Source: Lachnospiraceae bacterium UBA938
GTDB taxonomy: Bacteria > Bacillota > Clostridia > Lachnospirales > Lachnospiraceae
Length of the DNA stretch: 64,000 nt
Assembly (NCBI GenBank): GCA_002293475.1
Contig: DBDG01000059.1
Location: 31,726 to 95,725, forward strand
Direction of reading: 5' to 3'
The position numbers and the translations under genes are program-made. Below, one piece after another: positions 38,201 to 47,395 of this stretch (position 1 is its first letter; every line of letters starts with the position of its first letter). The notes beneath the pieces are model-generated. The model did not search any database. It had not been told where the DNA came from and was given only the letters and a program-made list of their open reading frames with translations.

Positions 38201-41200
38201 GCGCCGCCCTGAGCGGCGAAGTGTTCCGGGAGCTTAAAGCAACGGGAATCGAAGCGGTAGAAGTATCGATAAGAGACTGTTTCCAGCAAGTAACTGCCAG
38301 TAGCTATACGGTCGGAAGCAGCCAGAAGGATTATGACAGGCTTATCGGGGAGACCGGGGACGGACTGGCGGCGATTATCCATATGTCTGCGACCGGGAGC
38401 AGTGGCGCATATGCAAGTTCGCAGCAGCTGGAAAACGCATTAAATCATGGCATTTACAGTGTGTTTTACTTAGCGAAAGCATTGGCGGAGAAAAAAGTGA
38501 AGAGCGTGAAACAGCTGTTTATAATCACGGATTATGCCGAGGCCGTTACGGACACGCAGCATATCATAAAACCGGCCAATGCTTCTGTAAAAGGTTTATT
38601 GACGGCTATGGAAAAAGAGCAGCCGCAAGTTGCCTGTCGTATCATCGACATAGATGAGACTGTCAGTGCAAAATCACTGATTTTAGAGATGAGTTTAAAA
38701 GATACGCCTTTTGCTGTTGCTTTTCGGGAAAATACTAGGTATGCGGAGACATTCGGGCCGGTGGCCCTTCCCGCTCAGGACGGAGAAGAAAACGTTGCGC
38801 AAGAAGCCGGGGGTGCTTATGTGATAACCGGGGGAACCGGCGGACTGGGGCTTTTGGCCGCTAGGCAGCTGGCATCCCGGAAAGGAGGAGTCAAGTTAGC
38901 CCTTATTAGCAGAAGCGGCCTGCCCGGCAGGGAAGACTGGGACGGGATTACGGATGACGTGATAAGAGAAAAACTAAATGCGGTCAGGTCCTTAGAAGAA
39001 GCTGGGGCAAAGATCGAAACATATTCGGCAGATATAACGGATCAAGAAGCATTAAAGGCAGCGCTTGATGATTTTCGCATGAAACACGGCCGGATACGGG
39101 GGATAATCCACTGTGCCGGCATAGCCGGCGAAGGTTTTCTGTTCAGGAAGGATGAGACGGTATTCCAAAATGTAGTCGGCCCCAAAATAAAAGGAACCTG
39201 GCTGTTAGAAAAACTGACCCAAAACGATGACCTTGCGTTTTTTGTTATGTTTTCTTCCATTGCCACAGTCGTACACATGGCCGGACAAGGTGATTATGCG
39301 GCAGCTAATTCATTTATGGATTCATTCGCTTATTATATGAACAGGCAGGGCAGAAAAGCCGTGTCGATCAAATGGGCACCTTGGAAAGAAGCCGGGATGG
39401 CAGTGAATTATAAAGTGGATATGGACAAAGGAGTTTTCTGGCCGGTTACGAACGCGGAAGGCATGGCTTACATGGAAAACATTATCCGTACCGGGGCGGC
39501 CGGCATTATTACCGGCCGGCTCAATTATGCCAATATAGATCAGCTTTCAGGCTACCAGCTAACGGATCCGGTACGTCAGGCAATGTATAAAAAGAAATCA
39601 GTCAGGATGGCCGACGGCGGAAAAGAAAGCGGCGGAAACATCAATGCAGTGATTACCGGCAAGCAGTCGGCATCCTTAAGTGAAACAGAAATAAAAGTGG
39701 CCGGAATATGGGCTGGTTTTCTCAGCCTAGATTCTATTGACATCTACGCAAGCTTCTATGATATGGGAGGGGATTCGCTGATCGCAACGGTATTGCTGCA
39801 AGAAATGGAAAAAATCTTTCCGGGGGCTTTGGATATAACGGATATCTTTACTTATCCGTCAGTCGTGGCGATATCAGATTATATCGACAAAAAAATAAAG
39901 AAACCTATGCCGAATGAACAAGACAGCAGAAATTACGTTCCCCAAAATGAAAGTATAGCCATTATCGGGATGGCCGGGCGCTTTGCCGACTGTGATAATA
40001 TAGAAAAATTCTGGACAGCCGTAAAAGAAGGCAAGAACAGTATCCGTGATTTTCCCAGCCAAAGAATACCGGATATCGAACACATGATCAGAGATCACTC
40101 CTATCTGGAGTTTATTCAAGGCGATTTTTATACGGAGCTGGCGGAGGATATCAGCAAAATATTCAGGAAAGGCGGTTATCTGAATGAGGTAGACAAGTTT
40201 GACGCGGCTTTTTTTGGCATTTCGCCTAGAGAGGCAAAGTACATGGAGCCGATGCAGCGTTTCTTTCTGGAAACAGCATATGAAGCAATTGAAGATGCCG
40301 GATATGGCGGGGATAAAATCGTCGGAACTAATACGGGCGTATTTGTCGGCCGGGATAATACCAGTATACCCCTTTACCGATATGTCACGGAACCCGACAC
40401 CATGCATTTGACAGGCTCTTATGGAGGAATCCTGGCAAGCAGGCTTTCTTACCTGCTTAACATGAAGGGGCCGGCCATGGTAATTGATACAGCCTGTTCT
40501 TCGGCCTTGATTTCTATTCATGAAGCTTGCCAGAGTATCCGTAACGGCGATTGTGACATGGCCGTCGCAGGCGGTATCAGTGTATTTTCCTGTGGTACCA
40601 TGAAGGATATTAAAAATCAGATGAGCTTTGATTCTGTCGAATCACCCGATGATATCGTCAGGACATTTGATAATGAAGCAACCGGAACAGTCTGGGGAGA
40701 AGGAGTAGGCGTGCTTCTGCTGAAGCCATTAAACAAGGCGCGGGAAGACGGCGATAATATCCATGCAGTCATTAAAGGAAGTGCAATAAATAATGACGGC
40801 GCATCCAATGGAATAACGGCCCCTAGCGCGATAGCCCAGGAAGAAGTTATTGTAACGGCGTGGAAGAATGCGGGAATTGAACCCGAAACCATCGGTTATG
40901 TGGAAGCTCATGGAACCGGTACGGTGCTGGGTGATCCGATTGAAATCAAAGGGCTTACCAATGCCTTTGCTAGGTATACGGATAAGTCCCAGTTTTGCGG
41001 GATAGGGTCGCTAAAGTCTAATATGGGGCATCTGGTAGCAGCTTCCGGAGTTGCATCAGTGATTAAGGCAGTGATGTCGCTTAAGAATAGAATGTTGCCT
41101 CCCAGTATCCATTTTGACAATCCTAACCAGTATATCAATTTTATTAAGTCCCCTGTTTATGTAAATGACGCTTTGAATGATTGGGAAAGTGGTAATTATC

Positions 41201-44200
41201 CCCGACGAGCCGGTGTCAGTTCTTTTGGGTTTTCCGGTACTAATTGCCATATGGTACTGGAAGAGGCAGAAGTGACCAATGAGGACAGCGGCAAGGAAAA
41301 CGGGCAGACATATTGTCTTACCGTCTCGGCTAAAAGTGAAACCGCGCTGTTAACCATAATAGAAGAATATAAAAAGTCCCAACCTAAATTACAGGATCAG
41401 CATATTGAGAGCATCTGCTGTACGTCAAACACCGGAAGAGGCCATTATACATATCGTCTGCTTATTCTGGTCAGATCAGTGCCGGAGATGATGGAAAAGC
41501 TCAGTCAGCTAAACACGTTAAAAACGTTAAAAACGGATGAGCAGCAAGGTATTTTTTATGGACAGCATAAGATAGTCCTAGAAAGTAAAAAGAACCGGAA
41601 CCCCGGCGACCTGACCGAGGCTGAAAGGGCACAGCTCACCAAAAAAGTACAGACCGCCTTAGCAGGGCTTAGAAATACCATAAATGACAACTATGTTGAC
41701 TTATTAAAAGAAATCGGCAGCCTATATATTGCCGGGGCAAAGATTGACTGGACTGAAATATATGAAGGGAGAACAATAAAAAAGGCGTCATTACCGGTAT
41801 ACCCGCTGGAAAGAACCCGGTGCTGGGCAGCGCCTAAGAGGTTAAAAAACTCTTTTGCGAAAAGTGAAATCGCACCGGTTCATCCCCTTGTCCACAGACT
41901 GGCAGCGGATTCTATCCAAGGTCGGATATATGAGACGTATTTTACGACCGAAGACTGGGTATTGAGCGACCACAAGATTATGGATGAAAACGTGATTGCC
42001 GGAACGACGTATCTGGAAATGGCAAGGAAAGCCGCATCTGATGTCTATGGCATAAGTCATATCGAAATAAAGGACATCACTTTTCTTACTCCTTTAAAGG
42101 TCATGCAAGGTGAGAAAAAATATGTACAGGTAATACTTATAGAGGAAAAAGAAGGCTTTGATTTTATAATAGCCAGCAGGCAGACAGCGCCTGAGCAGGA
42201 AACCGACAGCCAATGGATCAAGCATGTCCAATGGATCAAGCATGTCCAATGGATCAAGCATGTCCAATGGATCAAGCATGTCCAAGGGAAAATCTTTCGT
42301 CTGGAAGAGAAGCAGCCCGTCGACCTGAATATTGATGAAGTGATCAGCCGGTGCGGGCAGAGACGTTTACAGGTTGACATGGAAAACATGGAAGGAATAT
42401 TTCAGTTCGGGCCGCGCTGGCACAGCCTGAAGGAAATAAATTATGGCCTTGATATAGTTACGGCAAAAGTAGAACTGGCAGAAATACTAAGGCCTGATCT
42501 GGATGAGTATTATTTACATCCAGCACTTTTGGACAATGCAGTCAATGCGGTCATAAAGGATAATGAGGGTGCCTATTTGCCGTTAAGTTACAAGAGCATT
42601 AAGATTTATGGCAGTAGTCCGGCAGTATTTTATAGTTTAATCAGAAAGAAAAAAAAGTCAGCCAGTAATGAAACCATCACATACGATGTGACGCTGGCTG
42701 ACAGCCAAGGGAAGGTTTTTGCTGAAATCGCCGATTATGTCATCAAGAGATTCGATGCTGAAAAACTAAGAACCGGCTTTTATTACGAGATGGCTTGGAT
42801 TAAAGAACCGAGGCAGGATACCGGTTCACTTGGGGATGGAACTTTACTGATCTTAAAAGATCTAACCGGGAGGGCGGATGAGCTGGCGGAAAAATTAACA
42901 GAGCAAGGCCGGCAGTATATCGAAGCAGAGCTAGGCGATCATTTTGAGAAATTAGATGACAGAACCTATATGATCGGCAATGATCAAGAAGACTATAATA
43001 AGCTGGTTGCTGATATAAAAGGAAAAAATGTTACGGGCATCCTTCATATGAGCAGCCTCTGCCGTGACAGCCAGCTGAAGACGTTATCTGACCTAGAGAA
43101 AGCCCAGGACGGCGGAGTCCATAGCCTTTATTATCTAACCAAGGCAGTAATCAGCCAGAAACTGAATAAAGAGCTGAATATAACCGTGATATCAAGCTAT
43201 GCGTATGAAGTAACTCAAAACCAGAAGATTATCCGCCCGCAAAACGCTGCGCTTATGGGGCTGGGCAAGGTCATCGGCCAGGAGCATGATCGGATGAAGG
43301 TCCGGTTCATCGATATTGACGAGCAAACCGGCAGTGATGAGCTGTTATCTGAGCTGGCCGGCCGGGAAGTGCCTTATGCAGTTGCCTTCCGGAATCACGA
43401 AAGATACGTAGAGCAGTTGAACGGCATAAGGCTGATCAAGAATAACAAGGCTGATATTGCGGACGGCAAGACATACCTGATTACCGGCGGAACCGGGGGA
43501 CTGGGACTGGAAACGGCAAAATATCTGACTTCCCAGGGCAAGATAAACCTGGCGTTAATTAACCGTTCTTCCTTCCCGGAGCATGATGAGTGGGAGAATA
43601 TCCTTGCCGGAAACCGCTCTCCCCGGTTATGCGATAAGATCAGAACCATTATGGATATGGAAAGCAAAGGGGCTTCGGTTACCTGTTATAGTGCAGATAT
43701 ATGCCGGCCGGAGGAGCTGCAAAAGGTACTTTCCGATATCCGGATAAGATATGGGCAGATCCATGGGATTATTCATTGTGCCGGTATTGCGGGAGACGGT
43801 TTCCTTATGTTCAAAGAGGAAAAGGTATTTAAGGATGTGTTAGCGCCGAAGGTAGCGGGAACATGGCTGCTGGATCAGATGACCAGAGCGGACAAACCCC
43901 AGTTCATGGTTATGTTTTCTTCAGTAACAGCCTTGACCGGGGCACCCGGACAAGGGGACTACGCCGCTGCTAATGCATTTATGGACGCCTATGCAGCTTA
44001 CCGGAGTGCCGACGGACTGAAAACCGTATCCGTTAACTGGCCGGCATGGAAGGAGACCGGGATGGCGGCAGATCATCATGCGACCGGCGACGTCATGGTT
44101 TTCAGAGCGGTTTCGACAGCTAAAGCGACCAATTCTTTATCTGAGATACTAGATGGCGATCATAGCCGTATAATCGTGGGAGACCTTAATTACGATGTGC

Positions 44201-44586
44201 TTACCGTCATCCAAGGCAGCCGTTTGTTCGGCATATCGGAACAGATCGGTTCAGACCTGAAAAAACAGCAGAAAACTGACATCAGCAAGGTTAACCTGCC
44301 GGTCAAGACGGTGACTGACCAAGAAATTGTCTTACAAGGCAAAGGGGATGAGGGATACACTCAGACGGAAACGCTCCTTGGGCAGATTTGGGGAGATGTA
44401 CTTGGGATTTCACAACTTGATATTTATGAGAATTTCTATGATCTAGGCGGGGATTCCATATTGGCAACCAATCTGCTTAAGCAGATCGAGAAGGTGCTTC
44501 CCGGTGCAGTAGACATTTCTGACATATTTTCCTATCCGACAGTGGTTAATATGGCAGAATTTATCGATGCCAAGCATGAGAGTTAG
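35284..44586 (+). CDS. Bimodular trans-AT polyketide synthase: KS-DH-KR-ACP-KS-DH*-KR-ACP, with no thioesterase
   Basis: KS1 DTACSSSLVAIHEA / EAHGTGTRLGD / NIGHLD. DH1 'HKVFGKYVVPG' (HxxxGxxxxP). KR1 'ITGGTGGLGL' plus 'YAAANSF'. ACP1 'MGGDSLIAT'. KS2 DTACSSALISIHEA / EAHGTGTVLGD / NMGHLV. DH2 'HKIMDENVIAG' is degenerate. KR2 'ITGGTGGLGLE'. ACP2 'LGGDSILAT'. Confidence 0.9.
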   Translation: MQKLIDFKYIDIEEGKDWDRLPETDRKNIAVIGLSAKLGGTKNKEDLWRMLADGKDAIKPFPEQRRQDVNRYLNSLRLYPDKIDYHHGAYMEEIDKFDYKFFKISKKEADLMEPNQRAFLETAWEAVEDAGYGGAQLSGKNIGVFLGYSSDFGEEYKKIVQMMDPASAKLAATGNIKSIISSRISYLLDLHGPSVMIDTACSSSLVAIHEACRSIRNGECEAAIAGGVKILMIPGTAESCAEAGIHIISDILSSDGKTRTFDDNSDGTMLGEGTAAVLLKPLNRAIVDKDHIYAVIKGSAINQDGGSIGITAPNSAAQEEVICKAWRDSDIAVDTISYIEAHGTGTRLGDSVEINGLERAFRKHTDKKQFCAISSIKTNIGHLDCTAGISGFTKAILSLHKKKLPPSLNFTCPNRNIPLVDSPVFINDSLTDWDTGDIPRRCGVSSFGLSGTNCHIILEEAPVMEVTEVSKGIKRTNLFVLSAQDPHSLKAMVIKYIDYFYTDNPASINDICYTASIGRGHYRYRLAIPVKSIEELECKLVLLQSNNFQYDKVKDVYYGEHIVVSQAKEDKEQGDITAEEKRSLTAQANSLIQYFITGRTTAEQYNNLANCYIRGADIAWETLYHAGSYRRVNLPTYAFLETRCWVEDNGNKINTMPQKTDSISPLIDTRLAKTLSQEIYTTCFRVERQWVLREHKVFGKYVVPGTAYIEMLRTVLDKGSSAQHVMIRDLKFTAALALEEAEEREAHLLIRDLGDHIEYEIASKSEKSDEWVIHVSGEAVYVTEAGEEAWDLTELLSRFTKTDALTYRQFPDNPIQTGARWDTYGQIFHKADEYVSHIKLAESYHEDLQEYFIHPSMMDCAVNTANAFIGDGYYLPFSYKKLIIYGATPPSFYCHLKRKDKHNSDETATFDIVFLDMEGKVLLKAEEYVIKKVRDSIKENRADSYYRTAWVKKPATELRAGLATGRVLVFTSGAALSGEVFRELKATGIEAVEVSIRDCFQQVTASSYTVGSSQKDYDRLIGETGDGLAAIIHMSATGSSGAYASSQQLENALNHGIYSVFYLAKALAEKKVKSVKQLFIITDYAEAVTDTQHIIKPANASVKGLLTAMEKEQPQVACRIIDIDETVSAKSLILEMSLKDTPFAVAFRENTRYAETFGPVALPAQDGEENVAQEAGGAYVITGGTGGLGLLAARQLASRKGGVKLALISRSGLPGREDWDGITDDVIREKLNAVRSLEEAGAKIETYSADITDQEALKAALDDFRMKHGRIRGIIHCAGIAGEGFLFRKDETVFQNVVGPKIKGTWLLEKLTQNDDLAFFVMFSSIATVVHMAGQGDYAAANSFMDSFAYYMNRQGRKAVSIKWAPWKEAGMAVNYKVDMDKGVFWPVTNAEGMAYMENIIRTGAAGIITGRLNYANIDQLSGYQLTDPVRQAMYKKKSVRMADGGKESGGNINAVITGKQSASLSETEIKVAGIWAGFLSLDSIDIYASFYDMGGDSLIATVLLQEMEKIFPGALDITDIFTYPSVVAISDYIDKKIKKPMPNEQDSRNYVPQNESIAIIGMAGRFADCDNIEKFWTAVKEGKNSIRDFPSQRIPDIEHMIRDHSYLEFIQGDFYTELAEDISKIFRKGGYLNEVDKFDAAFFGISPREAKYMEPMQRFFLETAYEAIEDAGYGGDKIVGTNTGVFVGRDNTSIPLYRYVTEPDTMHLTGSYGGILASRLSYLLNMKGPAMVIDTACSSALISIHEACQSIRNGDCDMAVAGGISVFSCGTMKDIKNQMSFDSVESPDDIVRTFDNEATGTVWGEGVGVLLLKPLNKAREDGDNIHAVIKGSAINNDGASNGITAPSAIAQEEVIVTAWKNAGIEPETIGYVEAHGTGTVLGDPIEIKGLTNAFARYTDKSQFCGIGSLKSNMGHLVAASGVASVIKAVMSLKNRMLPPSIHFDNPNQYINFIKSPVYVNDALNDWESGNYPRRAGVSSFGFSGTNCHMVLEEAEVTNEDSGKENGQTYCLTVSAKSETALLTIIEEYKKSQPKLQDQHIESICCTSNTGRGHYTYRLLILVRSVPEMMEKLSQLNTLKTLKTDEQQGIFYGQHKIVLESKKNRNPGDLTEAERAQLTKKVQTALAGLRNTINDNYVDLLKEIGSLYIAGAKIDWTEIYEGRTIKKASLPVYPLERTRCWAAPKRLKNSFAKSEIAPVHPLVHRLAADSIQGRIYETYFTTEDWVLSDHKIMDENVIAGTTYLEMARKAASDVYGISHIEIKDITFLTPLKVMQGEKKYVQVILIEEKEGFDFIIASRQTAPEQETDSQWIKHVQWIKHVQWIKHVQWIKHVQGKIFRLEEKQPVDLNIDEVISRCGQRRLQVDMENMEGIFQFGPRWHSLKEINYGLDIVTAKVELAEILRPDLDEYYLHPALLDNAVNAVIKDNEGAYLPLSYKSIKIYGSSPAVFYSLIRKKKKSASNETITYDVTLADSQGKVFAEIADYVIKRFDAEKLRTGFYYEMAWIKEPRQDTGSLGDGTLLILKDLTGRADELAEKLTEQGRQYIEAELGDHFEKLDDRTYMIGNDQEDYNKLVADIKGKNVTGILHMSSLCRDSQLKTLSDLEKAQDGGVHSLYYLTKAVISQKLNKELNITVISSYAYEVTQNQKIIRPQNAALMGLGKVIGQEHDRMKVRFIDIDEQTGSDELLSELAGREVPYAVAFRNHERYVEQLNGIRLIKNNKADIADGKTYLITGGTGGLGLETAKYLTSQGKINLALINRSSFPEHDEWENILAGNRSPRLCDKIRTIMDMESKGASVTCYSADICRPEELQKVLSDIRIRYGQIHGIIHCAGIAGDGFLMFKEEKVFKDVLAPKVAGTWLLDQMTRADKPQFMVMFSSVTALTGAPGQGDYAAANAFMDAYAAYRSADGLKTVSVNWPAWKETGMAADHHATGDVMVFRAVSTAKATNSLSEILDGDHSRIIVGDLNYDVLTVIQGSRLFGISEQIGSDLKKQQKTDISKVNLPVKTVTDQEIVLQGKGDEGYTQTETLLGQIWGDVLGISQLDIYENFYDLGGDSILATNLLKQIEKVLPGAVDISDIFSYPTVVNMAEFIDAKHES
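42211..42282 (+). repeat. Perfect in-frame tandem repeat, 4 x 18 bp, inside the second DH-like domain
   Basis: caatggatcaagcatgtc x4 encodes QWIKHV x4. Confidence 0.95.
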
Positions 44587-44654
44587 GGTGAAAGAAAAGC
44601 CATTTCAACTATTGATTTCGAATGCGGCAGAGCCGCAGATGGGTATAAGTAAAT

Positions 44655-47375
44655 ATGAATAAATTAAATGAGTTCTTAAAAAAGGTCATCTATAATTGTA
44701 GTTTTGATATTACGTTTAACGGTGATAAGCAGGGCGCTATCAATAAATGGGCGGTAAAAAAAGTGTCTTTCGATCAAGCGGGCAGGAACGATGAGAGACC
44801 TTTCCTAGAAACAAAATATGTGAATACAATAGGGGCGGATCATGGCAATATTCCTGAGCATATTCTTGAGAAAGCATGGAAGTACTATGTTTCATCAGAA
44901 AAGAAATATAATGTTTATCAAGATAATTGCCCAGAAATACTTTTTCCGGATGACACAGAGAAATATATTTATTGTCTCAGTGCCATTTATTGCCGCAGTG
45001 AGCAGGAAGTATATATATATATAAATGCCGAAACGCCTCTGCGGGTTTGGATAAACGGGGAGATGGCAGCGGTTACACATTACCGCTACCATGTCAAACC
45101 CTATACTATTTTGCAAAGGTTAGATCAAGGCACCAATACGATACTGGTGGAAAAAAGTATCAGAGCGGATTATTCCCATATCCGGGATCAGAGCTTTGTT
45201 ATCGGCATCAATCCTTTGGCGGCGCTCCTTACAGATCATAACAGAAGGTTCATTGATGATTCGGCGGTTACTTTTGCGGAACAGGCATGCTTTGTCATAC
45301 CGGATCAGGCATTTTTTATGAAGGGTGAGGAGATCGGGATTACCATTATGAAAAGAAAATATCCCGGAAAGCAGGAAAATGATGTCGGCGTGGAGGTGAA
45401 GAACAGTTTTGAGGAACTGATACTTAGCTTGAAGGTTCGAACAAAACAGAGATTTTTACTGGATCTGGCGTCTGAACCGGAAGGAGTCTATAAAATCGAA
45501 GTGCATGATCTGATTAATGATAAAAGGTCTGGATCTGCTTACATTTATATCGGGGATTTTAAGACTGGCTGCGATGACCTGCGCAAAAGCGTGATAGAGA
45601 AAATAAACGATTCGGATGAAATAGCAGAAGCCCTAGAAAAATATGCCGAAATAGCCAATACGGCTACCGGATGCTACCAATTGGCTCCTGAGCTTATGAA
45701 TGAACGGATGTACGGTTTTATGCTGGAAAAATATGCCGAAATAGAATCGGCGCTACATTTCGGGCAAGATTCCGGCAATAGACTGATAAATAACATATTT
45801 AGAAACAGTGCGTTCCTCTTTAGAAAAAGCAACATAGATGGCGGCAGTATTGCCTATGGGGTTTTTCTTCCGATTAATTACGCCAAGGACAGAGACTATC
45901 CCTTGGTGGTAATGTGTGCAACGGGATATGCCGCCTCAAGATACCCCTTACCGGTTCCTTATCAAACGGAAAATAAGATTAAAGACTGCATTATTTTAAA
46001 TGTTGTTGCTAGGGGAGACTATGAGCATGAATTTATCTATGAAGCCGAATTACAGGGTCTGATTAAGGATATCGTAAGCCGTTTTCATATAAAAAGGAAC
46101 CGTGTTTATCTGCTGGGAGTATGCCTTGGTGCCAAGGGGGCTTTTAGCCTGGCTTTAAAAATGCCGGATTACTTCGCGGGGATGGCCTTAGTATTCGGGC
46201 CGGCTTATTATCTGACCTTGACTCCTTATTTTCTGATTTATGAGAATAGAGCATTTGGCAATATCGGTGCGGAATACTTGAAACATTCTGAAATGGATAA
46301 GGAGTACATTAACAACATTGGCAATATACCGGCCTGTCATTTAGCGTTACTCGGTGATTTTGCCGGAAACGTTGCTAGGGATTTGTATGTGACAAGCTGT
46401 CTAGGGAACTGCCGGGATTTTTGCTTCGCGGATTTTTTACGGGATGAATTTGACGAACTGGTCAATTCTTTTAAGCTGGCAGAGGAATTAATAAAAAATG
46501 AAAAAGATGAATATCCGCGGACAGTCAATTTCACTTCTTATTATAGAAAATACAATAAATCCTATTGGGTTCGGATAGATAACCGTAAGGATCTTACGGA
46601 ACGGTCATTTATCAGTGCCAAGATTGCCTCGGAAGTACTGATTATTATTAAGACCGAAAATATTGCCGGCTTCTCTCTGCTGCTTAGTGCTGACCAATTG
46701 GGCTTAGACCGTACAGTTACTGTGAATGTAGATGGCCGCGATATTGTGGTTCGGCTCGGTGATTACACAAACGTTAGCTTTGAAAGTAATTCGGATGTGA
46801 CTTCGGCATCTGCCACAGAGCTTGACAGGGATAGCTTTGAAGCGCTGTATTTCAGTTGGGGAACCGAGGTAAGCAATACCGGAATAAAACAGGTATATAT
46901 GAATAAGTGTGTCATCATAAAAGCAGATTATTATAAGGAAGACAGGCGGGCTTACCTGCGCAAAATGTTTAACCAGCTGGCCGCTCCGTTATCATCGCCG
47001 CGCCGCTTTTACCATTATCCTGTTTTTGAGGAAAGTGAAGTAGATATAGACGACTTGGGAGGCGGCAACTTTATTCTGGCAGCCGACACAAGGATGCTGA
47101 GCCAGTTCCAGCAAATGATCTTAGACAGTACGGGCATCCATGCCGGTTCTGCTTACCTGCAATATAAAGACAGGACATTTAACGGAGAGTATTTTGCCCT
47201 GATAAAATGCCAGAATCCGGTCAATGTCAGGTATTGTACGGTATTATTACTGTTTAACAGTGACACGATGCAACAGCTGTTAACGCAAATATATGCATCT
47301 TTTCAATATCATCCGCTATTTGAAAATGACATTATCATTTTTAACGAGCAAGAATATTATTGCGATATTGAATAG
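44655..47375 (+). CDS. Large hypothetical protein (906 aa) with a central alpha/beta-hydrolase-like (esterase/peptidase) segment
   Basis: 'YGVFLPINYAKDRDYPLVVM' followed by 'VYLLGVCLGAKGAFSLAL' resembles an alpha/beta-hydrolase nucleophile elbow, with Cys in place of Ser (GxCxG). The N-terminal ~170 aa look jelly-roll-like. No family is firmly recognised. Confidence 0.45.
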   Translation: MNKLNEFLKKVIYNCSFDITFNGDKQGAINKWAVKKVSFDQAGRNDERPFLETKYVNTIGADHGNIPEHILEKAWKYYVSSEKKYNVYQDNCPEILFPDDTEKYIYCLSAIYCRSEQEVYIYINAETPLRVWINGEMAAVTHYRYHVKPYTILQRLDQGTNTILVEKSIRADYSHIRDQSFVIGINPLAALLTDHNRRFIDDSAVTFAEQACFVIPDQAFFMKGEEIGITIMKRKYPGKQENDVGVEVKNSFEELILSLKVRTKQRFLLDLASEPEGVYKIEVHDLINDKRSGSAYIYIGDFKTGCDDLRKSVIEKINDSDEIAEALEKYAEIANTATGCYQLAPELMNERMYGFMLEKYAEIESALHFGQDSGNRLINNIFRNSAFLFRKSNIDGGSIAYGVFLPINYAKDRDYPLVVMCATGYAASRYPLPVPYQTENKIKDCIILNVVARGDYEHEFIYEAELQGLIKDIVSRFHIKRNRVYLLGVCLGAKGAFSLALKMPDYFAGMALVFGPAYYLTLTPYFLIYENRAFGNIGAEYLKHSEMDKEYINNIGNIPACHLALLGDFAGNVARDLYVTSCLGNCRDFCFADFLRDEFDELVNSFKLAEELIKNEKDEYPRTVNFTSYYRKYNKSYWVRIDNRKDLTERSFISAKIASEVLIIIKTENIAGFSLLLSADQLGLDRTVTVNVDGRDIVVRLGDYTNVSFESNSDVTSASATELDRDSFEALYFSWGTEVSNTGIKQVYMNKCVIIKADYYKEDRRAYLRKMFNQLAAPLSSPRRFYHYPVFEESEVDIDDLGGGNFILAADTRMLSQFQQMILDSTGIHAGSAYLQYKDRTFNGEYFALIKCQNPVNVRYCTVLLLFNSDTMQQLLTQIYASFQYHPLFENDIIIFNEQEYYCDIE

Positions 47376-47395
47376 AGAATAGAAGAGGTGTAGAG

